From Ylistrum balloti (Eukaryota), in assembly GCF_031769215.1 (NCBI RefSeq), contig NW_026782199.1, positions 682,001 to 746,000 of the forward strand: a stretch of 64,000 bases of DNA, given 5' to 3'. Of this stretch, positions 14,301 to 27,300 are shown one piece after another; the stretch's first letter is position 1, and each line of letters opens with the position of its first letter. A program made the translations under genes and the position numbers. The notes below the pieces were generated by a model. It did no database searches. It had not been told where the DNA came from and worked only from the letters and a program-made list of their open reading frames with translations.

Positions 14301-15552
14301 TGAAAAATTAAAATGGTGATACATGTAATTGAGGATAATGATTTCATTTTACTTTCTTGATTTTATTTCAAAGTAAATCAAATTCTAATGTTACATGTGA
14401 TCTTTATCAAAATGCATTATGACAATAAATTAGGGGTTATAATCCCAATAACAATATGCTATACAATTTATACAGAATGTATTGTACCTCTTTAATTCCA
14501 TATGCCACTCTCTCCTTCTCATGATGAGGAAGTAATAACCGCATGGCAGGATAGAACGAGTCAGTCTGAAATAAAATCATTAAATCTCATGTTGACAAGG
14601 TGCTAGCAGTCATAAGTACATGTATTGTGCCATGTATACCTCTAACATTGATGAAGTAAGTGATATGCTAACAACAGAACAAAAACAAATCTATATACTG
14701 CACAGTAGCTACACTGAAATAAGAATGGGCAAAATAATATATTGATATATTGGGATAAAAAAATCAAAGGTATGGTGCAGTGGTAACATACTCGCCTTTC
14801 GCTTATATATTAAGGCCATTAAAGTTCAATTCCAAAATTGGACATCACATATTAAGGTCATTTCCATCTGGGCCAACAAGTTAATATAGCTTGTTTGGCA
14901 ATTGTTGATATGAATTAAGTTCATATATATAAAAGAGATGAGGAACTTCCTGGATTATCTGAGACTATCTATTTATGCTACACATTTGCTCTATTCTTTG
15001 TACATTGTGTACACTGACATCACTCCGTGGAGATTCGAAATGGTTAGATTTCTTCGTCTAAAGGCAATGAGGCGGGTGTCGCGAAGCACCTGTCCTCGGA
15101 TTCCAGTCACGTCATTCCGCACCTGGCCAGCACCGTGTGCACATGCACATTCTCCCCTGGTGAATATTGGTCCAATATGTAATATTGCGTTGTAGGTTAA
15201 TTATAAGTAACTGTCTTATGTAATATGTAACTGTAATGCATGTACTGTGCATTGCAGATTCCTGTGTTACCAGAAATGAAGTGCGGAACAATACCCCCCG
15301 ACGTCTTCTGTTAAATGGCCCTGCAGTAAAAGAGTTACTTATAGGATAAAAAAAACTTACCGTGTCTTTATCATCTTCATGCAGGGTGTTATGAAAGTTT
15401 CTCCATTTATCAACAAAATCTGTTAAAGTTCGCTTCTTCTTGTCATTGCCTTGAGTTTTGGATATTTTCTCCAGTAGCCCACATAGTTCCGCAAATGATA
15501 CCTTGGATGCGACAGTTACAGATGGTTTGTCATCGTCGTTACCGTCTGCCAT
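2308..15552 (-). CDS. LIG4: DNA ligase IV (NHEJ ligase), 15 coding exons, 3'-partial (second BRCT domain lies beyond the left edge)
   Basis: Exons: 15552-15361, 14565-14488, 14249-14148, 13655-13347, 12941-12837, 12446-12340, 11988-11843, 11249-11048, 8481-8199, 6473-6306, 5761-5624, 5197-5051, 4460-4343, 3450-3318, 2443-2308. All introns are GT..AG and phase-consistent; total 2364 nt = 788 codons. Motifs: adenylation motif [34 protein letters not shown]-fold CTLRFPR, first BRCT (EFCVINGP...IVQNPG) and the XRCC4-interacting YDEFGDSY. Confidence 0.96.
3197..3223. repeat. Poly-G tract following poly-T
   Basis: T14 followed by about G27, directly visible. Confidence 0.85.
3530..3900. repeat. 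Degenerate ~45-bp AT-rich tandem repeat
   Basis: Recurrent aataccaaacatagctttatct...aataaagctttgtct motifs. Confidence 0.6.
5272..5356. repeat. (CAT)15 microsatellite flanked by 19-bp direct repeats
   Basis: agaaccattcaaaatcaac occurs at 5272-5290 and 5338-5356 on either side of (CAT)15. Confidence 0.85.
6768..8210. repeat. ~53-bp tandem array (~27 copies) containing the LIG4 exon-9 3' end plus splice donor
   Basis: On the minus strand the unit is CCTTCTGTAAG|GTAAAATATACCAAT..., starting at the real donor at 8199/8198. Confidence 0.95.
9095..11120. repeat. 103-bp tandem array (~19-20 copies) containing ~62 nt of the LIG4 exon-8 3' end plus splice donor
   Basis: The unit encodes [20 protein letters not shown] followed by GTAAGT. 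The same peptide ends ORFs 11044..11238 and 9334..9531. Confidence 0.95.
14768..14880 (+). mobile_element. Possible decayed tRNA-derived SINE head
   Basis: A-box-like tggtgcagtggt and B-box-like gttcaattcc; no cloverleaf. Confidence 0.3.
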
Positions 15553-16229
15553 TGCTTTAAGTTTCTGTCTTTAGATAATATATTAAAATTACTTCAAACC
15601 AGTAAGATCTTTTCTACTGAACCATTTACACCGTCACAAAATGTAACACTCAGCATTATCACTGATAAATCCGCCGACTGTAAACAATCAACTTTATTAC
15701 CTCCGCATTGAAGAGTTCGATTTTCGTTATGAACATACTACGGGTTCGACGCCAGGCAGGAAGAGATATCTTTTATCATAACAATCATCTGTATTGTTTC
15801 CCCCTTAACTTCGTATTTCAGACAACGTGTCAAAATTCATTTTTCGTTGGAATTAGACATTTAAATAAATGCATGTGCTATTTTATAGGCTGTTATGAAC
15901 GGAGTAACATGTGCACATTGAAGTGTATTTGTTTTAAGAAGTTGAAACCCTAAATGCTAATCAAAAATCTACGATGCATACATATAATACTATCGAGGAT
16001 TTTCTTACCTTTTTTCGAGGGATTGCCCTTTGCTTAGTCGTTTAAATACCGTACTGTATATCCCAGTGGTCTGACTTCATTCTTCCAATTCAGTAGATAA
16101 TGTAATCGATACGCACAGGACGAAAACAGTTACTGTAATTTGTCAGTAACATACCATGGCATTGTAATCTGAAATCACGAGGGAAAACGACATTCGTACA
16201 AGTTTTGTCATCTGTCCGGCATCAAAAAT

Positions 16230-16845
16230 TTCCCTTCAAACAACTTCTTCTCACGAACCAAGAGGCCAAGGGTAGCGATATTAGACTTGTAGGTTAGGAA
16301 TAGTCCTGTTTTTTATATAACTTTCAGGGTAACAGAAGTCAAAAGTGCCCAATCTTAAAACGCTAAGTCTTACCAACAAAGTCCGGTGTAGTGGTATTTC
16401 GTATGTAACTCGTTAATTGCTACCTACATTTAAAATCACAGATGTCAGATGTGTTAAAATCTTTAGACACTTTCTCATTAACCAGAACAGCCATGTACAC
16501 GTGGTATTCAGCCTGTAGCATGATGAGATGGGGAACTTTAGCCTACTTTCAATATTACAGGGGTTAAATGTTCTTGAAATCTTTAAACCTTTCTCTTAGT
16601 GAAATCAAAACATCAAGAGTCGTGGTATTTGGGTATTACCTCGATAAGGTACAGGGCGAGTAAGTCCATTCATATTAATTAACTTGACAAAGTCTCAATG
16701 ACACATGAGTAAAACGGTGTTGAAATCCCAAACTATGCTTGGATAAATGGCTTTCGAACAAGCCAAAATTGATTTTACCGACAGTTTTTTTTTCTATCTT
16801 AAGCATATGAACAGACGAGCGATACAAGCCCTTTGGATCTCTTGT
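16230..16845 (-). mobile_element. Fragment of a non-autonomous Helentron/HINE-like dispersed repeat
   Basis: Begins ACAAGAGATCCAAAGGGC on the minus strand, similar to the termini at 40901 and 62627, and has an internal ~140-bp degenerate repeat. Confidence 0.4.
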
Positions 16846-17231
16846 CTTTTTTACTTTAATTCACGTTGAAAGCAGATTTTCTCAGCTTTGTACAATGACT
16901 GTTTTGACATACAATAGTCCACACGTCTACGCCTTTTTCACGTCAGTAACAATTTTTCTACTGAACAATTAAATTCAAAGACACGTCATCTTTATAACTG
17001 TATAAATATTTGGTGGCATCATAGTGAGTGGGCATGGCCCAGACTTAACATTTCAAATCTCTTTCGTACGTTCATTTTTCGTCAGACGTTTATCAATTTT
17101 GCGCAAGATTTAAGACCATGTTGTTATATCTGCATTTACTTGTCTTCTGTCCGCTTTGTTAATATGTGTCTGCTCATTTTTATTTTGTAGAAATTCACGT
17201 TTTCTTGAACATATCAGTTGCAAAAGTAACG

Positions 17232-17858
17232 CCATCCCCATGATGTGCAAACGGTATCGTCATCCCCATGATGTGCGAAAGGTATCGTCATCCCCATGAT
17301 GTGCGAAAGGTATCGTCATCCCCATGATGTGCGAAAGGTATCATCATCCCCATGATGTGCGAAAGGTATCGTCATCCCCATGATGTGCGAAAGGTAACGC
17401 CATCCCCATGATGTGCGAAAGGTAACGCCATCCCCATGATGTGCGAAAGGTATCGTCATCCCCATGATGTGCGAAAGGAATCGTCATCCCCATGATGTGC
17501 GAAAGGAATCGTCATCCCCATGATGTGCGAAAGGAATCGTCATCCCCATGATGTGCGAAAGGTATCGTCATCCCCATGATGTGCGAAAGGTATCGTCATC
17601 CCCATGATGTGCGAAAGGCATCGTCATCCCCATGATGTGCAAAAGGTATCGTCATCCCCATGATGTGCGAAAGGTATCGTCATCCCCATGATGTGCAAAA
17701 GGTATCGTCATCCCCATGATGTGCAAAAGGTATCGTCATCCCCATGATGTGCGAAAGGTATCGTCATCCCCATGATGTGCAAAAGGTATCGTCATCCCCA
17801 TGATGTGCAAAAGGTATCGTCATCCCCATGATGTGCAAAAGGTATCGTCATCCCCATG
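17232..17858. repeat. 28-bp minisatellite (~22 copies)
   Basis: Unit catccccatgatgtgcgaaaggtatcgt, near-perfect copies. Confidence 0.95.
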
Positions 17859-18005
17859 CTATTTAAATTGTATGTTGATTTTAAATTTCATTTTCCTGAT
17901 GTATTGTTTCATAGTGGACGACAGTACATTTTTCTTCAATGTACGATAAAAGATAAAATATGTAAATATTAAAATACAAGTTTGGCCACTTTTTGCAAAA
18001 TTACA

Positions 18006-21000
18006 TCAAAACAGATTGGCATTAGTGTTATATACACGTTTAATTTGCATGTGAACACTACGCAACACATTTGAAGAAACTATCCTGCTCCGTGGAAGAC
18101 GGTGAAATGAAGGGTCCAATAAGATATCTTCCTGTTGATATACAATGATATTCAATATTTGCCGTGTTTAACCCCGCATGATATTGTTAACAAAAACAGG
18201 AGATTGTTTCTATATCAATAGTCACCAACCGTTTTGCCTTCAGGTGTGATGATACCTGACGTATTCTTATTTGTACGTGTTGAAGAATATGCTATTATAT
18301 ATTGGTAAATGCGTTCCGTATCACTAAGGAATAGAAAAACATTGTAATTGAAAGAAAAACAGAGGATCTTCTTCAATGTACTAACTTGAACTCTTTAATA
18401 AAACACACTTACATACATGTGTAAAACAGATAAACAAGACATGTCAACATTCGTAGATATAAAAGAATTGCTAAAAGTTCAGAACAACCGACAGCCGTAG
18501 AAAGGTTGCCATATCTAATTCACTATGAACAGTCTTTAGAAGGATAGATACGTACAAGGTTAGTACGCCGTGACCGAAACTTGGAGATCCTGTGTTTCTC
18601 CTTATCCCGATTGCAGTCGCCCTTCACAAGGCTGGGTATACACTCTGCACTCACGGATAACCGTTTCATCCGAACACCATCAGTTGCTCCGTCAGTTGAC
18701 CAAGCATCAGCTTTCACTCCGGGATCTTCTTCTACCGTGTCGATTTGTATAGGGTCATCGGTGAGTCTAGAAGTGCTGTACTTTATCAACGGCTTCGAAC
18801 TTTCTTCGCCCAAATCAACGTTTCCGTTGTTGCAGTTGGTATTTTCCCCTTGTATATTGAGATGCCAGCTGGTATGTACATTAGCGTTGGTCTGTTGTGA
18901 TCCGTTCTGTATCTTATTGAAGTACTGGAATGGAGGAACCTCTGGATTGAGGAAGTGTTGCTGTGGTTGGAGGGGATGGAGAGGCGGATGCGCGTGAGGA
19001 GGTTGCTGATGAGGCTGCAGCTGCTGCTGTACTTGGGGACGGTGATTTTGGGGATGTTGTTGGGGATGGTTTTGGTTCTGTTGTTGCTGATGCTGTTGAA
19101 TGTGTTGTTGTTGTTGTTGTTGTTGAAATTGTTGTTGCTGAATATGATGTTGTTGCTGAACTTGCTGATGCATATTCTGGACTGGTGGGTGTGGAAATCT
19201 ACTTCCAATGACGTGCTGCTGTGGCTGATGTTGGAAACTTTGTTCTGCTGAAAACCTGAATGGTAGTTGCTGATGTATAGGTAAGGGGTGTTGTTGGTGG
19301 ACTTGTTCCGAACGGTAAAGTACATTAGGGGGATCTCGGTTGCGGATGGGAGCCTGGGAAGCGTCGTTGAATCCGGGTGGTGGATTCCTTGCTGCATGTG
19401 GATTCTGTATACCATGGTGACCGCACTGCTGTTGGTACTGCTGAAACCTAGGAGGTGGCTGCAAATCGGTGTAAGTCTTGTTTGGAGGAGGTGGCAATGG
19501 CGGATTACACGTTACCTCCCTTCTAGAGGACTGATGTAGGCAGTTTGCCACAAACAGTGCGGCAGCCGCAGCCTGAGTCGGCTGCATTTGTATCTTATTC
19601 ACACCGGGAGGTTGGTTGCATGGTCGCGGGTTGGCCAATGTCGGGCGGAAGTCAAACGGTTTTTGTGTGTCGTCTCTCACACGGGCTGCATTGTGAGTTT
19701 GGAAGTTTCCTGCTGTCATATGCCCTACAGTCTGTGTTTTTGGCATTGCTGGTATATTTCCCCAATTCAGCTGTCCCTACACAACAGAAAAGTTCGTACT
19801 AATTCATAAAGTCATGCCATTGTCCATTTCTGATAAATACGATTGTGAATTATGATACTGGTACATTTTATATTATGTAATCTTATGCGACTTTAACGTT
19901 ACTTCAAATATCGATTGATTTCATTCAAAACGGAAGAATCCAAACAACATCAACAAACAATACCTGAACGCCATTCCCGCCAGTGTTGTCTCCACAAGTA
20001 TGGAGCTGATTTGTCGCAAGTGGGGGATGAACTACACGATTGTTTCCTGTGTTCGCGGGCGCCTGAGTCTTTCCATCTATTATGTTCTCATTACCATGCT
20101 CGGCTGTACCTCCCTTGTTGAAGCCGGGGTAGAAGGAGGGCACGCTTGGTCTGAGGACAGACTTTGCTACAATCGAATCCACAGCAAAAACAGCATTTGC
20201 GACTTCCGCCTGTAAAGGAGTGCAATTTTGGGTCATTTTCGGCGCACCCGAAGTGTTGTTGAATTTTGGAACATCTGTCCTTGCAATCAGTCTTTCCATC
20301 CCTTCCTTAAATTCACGGATCTTTGCTGCCACTGCATCGTCGTGTACAGGTCCAGTTTCAGTCGTTGTAGTTACTGGAGTGTCATCATTGTGACACTGAT
20401 CAGGGGATACCCGACATCGTCCGTGTCTCGACTCGGCAGTGACATCCATTTGTCCATTTCCAGAATTGTCGATAGGCAGCGTAGGTTCTATCTCCGTTAC
20501 GTCCTCTTCTTCTTGAGAGACACTTCAAGGAAAATGGAAAACATTTAGAAAAAACAGACATGTGAATAGCACCTTCAAATAAAATATTTAGAGTTAAAAA
20601 CTATATACACAATTGAGGCAAATGGTGAATCAAACTGCATTATACAGTTATTTCGTCCTTTTAGGTCTCGTCAGTGATGCTAGGTACATGTCTTCAAATT
20701 TTCAAACCAAAGAGGCAACTGAAGACCGATAACTGAATGGGGGGAAATCCAGATCGGGAGGTGCATTAGCCACATAATCCAATAACCTTTATTAGCTGTT
20801 ACATATCTGATATCAGTAAATGTCAAGTACATGTGTATGAAATGAAACGTGACATGCACATCTCGGGAACTAAAACGTCTACTGTCTACCACCTGCAATC
20901 TCGAAGATTATACAAAAGTCACACAAGTTTAAGCACCATCATGATTAAAAATGTAGATCAGACTTTCCTTGAAGAACAATTATCGATTGTATTTGAAGCC

Positions 21001-22085
21001 TGTGTTAGATAAAGTATACTAAATTGTTTTTCCTTTAAATATGTTGAGATTTCTTACTATTGTTTTTATTGTCCCTACTGGGTTCTGGCAAGATTTGAAT
21101 ACAATACCTTTTAAAAAGCTTAAACACCTACTGTGACGGACATATTGGTGAAGACAGGGTTTCATCCAGTTTGACTGTTAAAACTTCGTCATTCGGGTCT
21201 TCTGTCATCATTTGTATCGGGGTATCCTTGGAATCTGCTATCTTTCCTTGGTCCTCTGCCTCCGACTCTTCGGACACAACCTGTTCTATGTCGCGCTCAA
21301 TACGTTCATATGTCGGTACCTCAGATTCTGTCGGTGACTTCTGAGCTGGCTCGACGCCCCGCTTGTTCTTACCTTCAAGTTTTCTGTAGGAATAACGTAT
21401 TTTGCTTATATGGGGTAGATCCTCTCCATGGACATCGACTGTCTTCGGCGGAGTCAGACCTGCACCCAAATGACATTCCGCCTTTACTGTGTCGATAACT
21501 TCAGTTGCCTGGACGAGCGCATCAGACTTCCGGTATATCGAGCACGTATCAGTCTCTGTAGTCTTCTGTGTGCTCATCCAAATGTTTTTGATTGGGAGGC
21601 TGGCTATTTTGTTGAACATACGTTTGCAATCTTCAGATCCATCGTCTGAAACATTTCCGTCTATTTCCGGAAATAGTTTGTACCTGTTCGGGTCTACATG
21701 GATGTCAAGCTCGTCAGAATTGCACAGAGACTGGTACAGGTTTCGACTTTGATTTAAATAGTCATTCATGACTAAATCCGAGTTTTCTAAAGCGAGGAAT
21801 ACGTTCTGTGTTAGTTGTTCCTTTGTCAAGCAGTTCGCGTCTTTGTTAGCATCAGCCAGGAGATGACCGAGTCCATCGAACGTACTAAAACATAGCCATT
21901 AGAATTTGACATTTTGTGACAATCGTACGATATAGCGTTCTACCCACATCGCGGTGTCCCTAGAAAAACCAAGCTGTAGCAATATTGCATCAAGTACTAG
22001 TAATATTATGTCAAGAAAGGATGAGCGACTATAAGGACATTTCGGGCCTATTTGCTTCCAAAATTTCTCTTTTTCCAAAAAGAGG
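18006..22085 (-). CDS. Uncharacterised multi-exon protein (at least ~930 aa): putative helical N-terminal part, acidic/Thr-rich linker, long Gln/Pro/His-rich low-complexity region; 5' end unresolved
   Basis: Phase-consistent exons 22085-21948, 21884-21132, 20522-19964, 19776-18556 and 18131-18006 (TGA) join ORFs 21128..21829, 19925..20449 and 18523..19746. The penultimate exon could instead read through to the stop at 18523. No family recognised. Confidence 0.7.
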
Positions 22086-22796
22086 CTTAAACAATAGTTA
22101 GTTTACACATAAAGAAACATAGGGAAGGAACACCTGAAAAGTCAGAAGTTAAGTTAAGTTAAGTTCTACAATTAATCTGTTATCCATCGAGTCATACCGG
22201 TACTTCGGTCTTGTAACTTGCACGTGTCAATGAAGCGTTTCTATCTTATTCTGATAAAAACCTAGTATTTCTTTTACATATGTTTAAATACCCATAACCG
22301 ACATCAGCATTGTGATGTTGTATATTTTGGGAACAATAGTTTCCTGATACCACTTGGTGGCGTAATTTAGTGCCTTAACACAGAAAGATCGAACGTGGAA
22401 TATTCGCGGTTAACGTCAGTCTGCATCAGTTCCGATTATATCTATCAAAGTGATTCACCGACAACTAAATCCTAATCATCCCAACCATCATAAATGTGTA
22501 TTGATTTTCTTTCGCGTGGATACAACCAGACTGCGCTCTTCCAATGAAGTGTTATGTTGAAGTCAATGTTAGATGTCGCGCGACGTAATGGAGAGTAGGT
22601 ACCTTTCATACAGGCGACCGAGCTTCGATTACCCGATGACATGAATAGAAACCTAAATGATCGCATTTCTTTTCGATTGATAAAATTTGTTTTGCAACTG
22701 TTAAAGTATATTGAAGTTAGCGAGTAACTCAAACTATCCCTATAGACACTTTACAGGTCCGGTTTCTCCTCATCATAAATCAAACCACACGAAATC

Positions 22797-23035
22797 CAGG
22801 GGTGTAGCAAGCCTAGCAGAAATGTGTAAGCCCTTGCGAGAGGTCTGAATTTCATGATTTCAAAGATGTTTTGAATCGTTTTTTGAGACAGTTTTTTTTA
22901 TTTATTTAACAACAAACTTCAATCCCTGGTATTTATTTTCAACCTTAGTGTTGTAATTTTGTCCAACATACTCTATGCACGGATTTTTTAATGTGTAAGC
23001 CCGGGCTTTTTCTTTCTATTGAAGCTGCGCCCCTG
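22797..23035. mobile_element. MITE-like insertion (239 bp)
   Basis: Imperfect 12-bp terminal inverted repeats caggggtgtagc / gctgcgcccctg, flanked on both sides by aaatc. Internal direct repeat aatgtgtaagccc. Confidence 0.6.
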
Positions 23036-23737
23036 AAATCGATTTGTAATGTGTTTTAGCTAAGATTAAGATATCTCGTGCATTTATCTTGTGACATATG
23101 AAGTTCATATGAAACGTATATGAGCCATAAATTAACGATCGTCTTTTCTCCCTGCAAAATATCGTCTTTTCATATTAACAAAACCAACTAACGAAGTTTA
23201 GCGTACGGTCGCAACGCCGATAACGACATTCTTCTCAATGATGTAACGCGTTACGAAAAATGTCGTTTTGCAGAACGCATATTGTAGTTACGTATATCGC
23301 TCCAACAGGTGACAGAACGCAGCTACACAAGACTATAAGTTTAACTGTTTCTCCCCGCTGAATGACACAACAATGATTAGCGGGGCAAAATCTGTGTTGG
23401 ATGAAATAATGCCATAGTTTATACCAGCCACCAACAGTGAACGCTTAACACGAAGCTCTAAACGCGGTCACAAACTGGCACCGATTGTTCAAAGGCTGAT
23501 TAGAGATAACTTGTTGTTAGCGAAAATTTCCAAACATGAATAAAACAAGATTAGAAACATTCTTGATAATTCTACAGCTGTAGGACAGGTAAGATTGATA
23601 TATTTTGAGTGTTAATTTTGCATTTAACACTCTTGTTTGTTCAGTGGTAACTGGGGCGTGGGATCATCCCTGAAGGATGAAGGGTTAGGGATTGAGCCTC
23701 ACTGAATTTTTGAGGTTTTTCCCAATCATGCGCTTAC

Positions 23738-24385
23738 AGTCTTGGATCAAAAGGATTGTTATAGTAGATGGTGCATGGTTTCTCCAGTCGACCGTATCCT
23801 ACAGTCTTCAGGGCCTCGTCATACGCGCTGGTTATCTGGAGAAGAAGACAAAGTCGGCCAGTATATTTTTTTCAAGCTCTAAAATGGATATGTGAATGTT
23901 CATGGTGTACAAAGGGAAAATCACAGCATACTGAGACTACATACACACACACACAAATAAAATAATAGCTTATTTTTCAATGATAATAATTTATAGGATA
24001 GATAGCATCTAGCTTTAATCTTTGACACCCATATGTGTCAATTTCCGGTTACCTCTTTCTCTCTTTTTTTGTAAAACATACAATGGGTGTAGCAATGGGC
24101 AAGAGCTAGCTAACGGTCTTTTCCTTTGACTCTGAGAGAGTGAAGAATGATATTTCTTTAAAAATTGAATAAGTTTATAGATATAGTGGGTGGATAAACG
24201 GGTCTTGTATACCTTGTTTTCACTTTCGCCTGTACCAGGGTAGGGAGCATGCTGTAAGCCAACTGGGACGATTCCAGACAGAAACCTAATGAGGAGAAAA
24301 CAAGCGAAGATAGCATGATCGACACCGGAAATACTTTGTTTCAATTTTGTAGAGTTTACCAATGTAAATATGCCACGAAACATAC
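23738..24385 (-). CDS. Candidate upstream coding exons of the uncharacterised gene
   Basis: Exons 24385-24360, 24285-24213 and 23835-23738 have GT/AG sites (strong pyrimidine tracts at two acceptors) and join in phase to VCFVAYLHWFLSGIVPVGLQHAPYPGTGESENKITSAYDEALKTVGYGRLEKPCTIYYNNPFDPRL. I could not link them unambiguously to the exon starting at 22085. Confidence 0.4.
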
Positions 24386-27300
24386 CTGAAGAAATGTCTA
24401 TTTAGTGGAGGCTAAATACTTCGAAAATATATTCGAAAATGAAACTCGGGAAAATGTGTATGTCTTTTGAAAACTTTCCTTTATGCAACAAAACCTACTC
24501 ATATGCGTCAGTAATACAACAATGCCTGGTTATTCTGTACAACAACGGCCCAAATTGCACACCAGAGGACTAAAATTTTACACTTGGAAACAAGTGTTGA
24601 TTGTTGTAATACCTTTTCAAATAATTATTAGTACTGTTATTTAAAATTATCACCAAAATAAACTATATTATGTAAAACGTTGTAAATAGAATTTTGATAC
24701 ATAGCATGTTACATGTAAAAATAATACAAATATATTCAAAGAAATTTGTTAGCTTTGGTCATACACAATAATACCTTAATCATGTTCCAAAGAAGATAAA
24801 AATATAGCGACTTATCTCCCAAGTGCGAAGACATTTTCACTGACGTAAACTTCATGGAGAAAACATTTCAAGGTAGATCTTTGGCAACTCGAATAAGTTT
24901 ACAATATAATTGTTACGCATTTTAAGTTAAATTATGGAAATGCAAAAAAAAAAAAAAAAAAAAAACTCAAAACTATCATGCTGTTTATCAAAAAATAAAA
25001 AATAAACGGAATCTTTAGATGCAAAGAATTACCCTACCATGTTGTAGAAAAATATACGGCACATCCAAATGAGTTACCTTGACATTTTCACAAATTAAGC
25101 CATATAACATTTGATATTAAAATTTATATGTAATATTGTATACATTGTACATGTATATAAGTATACTTACCCTATAATTGACTGCTTTATTTCAAGATGG
25201 TTGTTATTATGTGTAGTACACAGTCGAGGTTTAGTTTCACTGCACACTGCATCCAGCAAAACGGACATCTCTTTCGATTAAAAACATATGTCTCCAAGTA
25301 GTATTGGAGAGTTTGCAAAAGGGCCCTAAGTTATTATACTGACGTTCGCCATTTTCAGAACCAGTGTCTCTGTTATCTTTGTTGAACATCAGTAGTCTTG
25401 GTTTAAGTTTCTTGGTCAAAGACTTCCAACACACGTGATCAAGTTAAATGTAAACAATGCACAGCTGATTCTAGAGGCGGAAATAACGTCATATTGTGTG
25501 ACGTCATAATGATATTTTACGGGAAAGCGTAACGTAAAAAACACAAGATATTTTTGTTTCTTCCCGAGGCTTTTGCAGCGATGAAAGATATCACTAAATT
25601 ATACGTTTTGTGTATTGCCTATTATTGTCTTGAGTACATAAATCGATCATCCTTAAACATTTGTTAAGTATTAACGTTGTTACTTGAAGTTGATGTTGAC
25701 AGTTGGTGCAAAATACACAAGACCAATTTGAGATTCATAGCAAAAATAGATAAATAAATAAATAAAATAAAAATAAATTCAGAAAAAAAATCAACAGAGA
25801 AACAAGAACAAAAAATCACCTTGACAATTCTAGATAAATTCATTATTCTAACTAGTTTCAACTGGATTTAGATTCAAACGTTTTGCAGAAACTCAATTAA
25901 TCATAACCTCTAACCAATGACGATCTTTACAGAAACTTGGAAAATAAGATTCACTAGTAACAACACCCGCCCCGGGTTCATCCACGCAAACAATTGACGC
26001 TTCTTAATGACGTAAATGAAGGACGTACAATCTTATAGGGTCATGGCCGCTTTTCTATATGGCGTGCCCCAGGAACAGCATCGAATCTCTGTCATGGACC
26101 AAGTTCTAAACCGAGAATCCTTAGCACAGAGAAGGCTGGGCTAACACTGGTGTACAAGAGTAACATACAAATATTTTACTTGTGTGACAGAAGAACTAGT
26201 GGAGTCCAAAAACTGCCCCAAATAAGCACTTCCACCAACCAATGCAATACGTTTGTTTGTTTTTTTTTTCATCTGACATCGCCCAGCCAAACTTGAAACT
26301 AGCACTTGTAGGACATCACCAAATTTCTCTAGAGCTACTAAACCCTTCAGTCAGTACCATATCGTTACACTCAATGTTTTGAGATTTGTCACTTTTTTTG
26401 TCAACCTTATTGTGTTTTCTTTACTTTAACTTTGTCCATGCATGACTTTTAGTTGGAATGTATCTAGGCATGTGAATGCCAACATGACAAAGGCAAACTC
26501 GATATGGTTGGGTTATGGAAGGTTGAAGGTTGGGTAATCCCTTTTGGGATCCCTCCTTGGGACACATTTATATTGGACGTTTGACAATGTCCCTCGTTAA
26601 ACGTCCGATACAAATAAGTCCCACCGCGTGGGTTTTCCCCGGGTACTCCGATCCCAAAAGGCCCCTCGGCACTTACATCCGGGCCAACAAGAGTGATTAG
26701 TATAAGTTTAAATAACTTGTTTCGCAATTGTTGTAAGACATGAGGTTGTTGCAAAAATTAATGACTTTTAAATTCATTTATTATTTCTATGTAAATGAAA
26801 ATCAGAGATTGATATTTTTCTGGGGTTTTTTTCCTCGGGTATACTTTTATTGCTTACTATTTGCTTTTATAACGTAGTGTGACCATCTTCGCTCATGAAC
26901 GTGGTATGTTTACATTAGTGACAAGAGAGATAACTCTAATTTACTCAGTCGGAAGTAGATGTCTTCCCAAATGTAAACAAGAAGAACACCTAGATGCAGA
27001 GTGAACTCACCAAGAATGTAAGATGCAGTTTTATTGTGATCTGTATTTAGTACCTGTTACTGTCTAGATTGAAAACGTTTTGTTCGTATCACTTATTTCC
27101 AATTAGTTTGGTCATAGCGATACAAACACGTACTGGCAGGCCTAATGCACCCGCCCGACTTCTCTGTCACTCGCACCTGACACGTGCGTCAGTAGGTAAA
27201 CAAAGACTCATGGAGTCGCACGTATCTGCAAGAATGAGACGTTTGTATCAAGTCAATGAAAATTACAATACTACTATAAGAAATCCCAGATGGGTCTTTG

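Noticed and set aside
14768-14880. tRNA gene
   Set aside because: Only A/B-box-like remnants are present, with no acceptor stem or cloverleaf. At most a decayed SINE head.
18570-20548. Several plus-strand and alternate-frame ORFs (poly-Leu/Val/Asn rich)
   Set aside because: They are shadow frames of the CAG/CAA-rich exons of the minus-strand gene.
21830-21912. ATG at 21912 as the start of the unknown gene via a 1-bp frameshift
   Set aside because: A 63-nt GT-AG intron (21947-21885) joins the upstream exon in phase without invoking an error. It cannot be fully excluded without reads.
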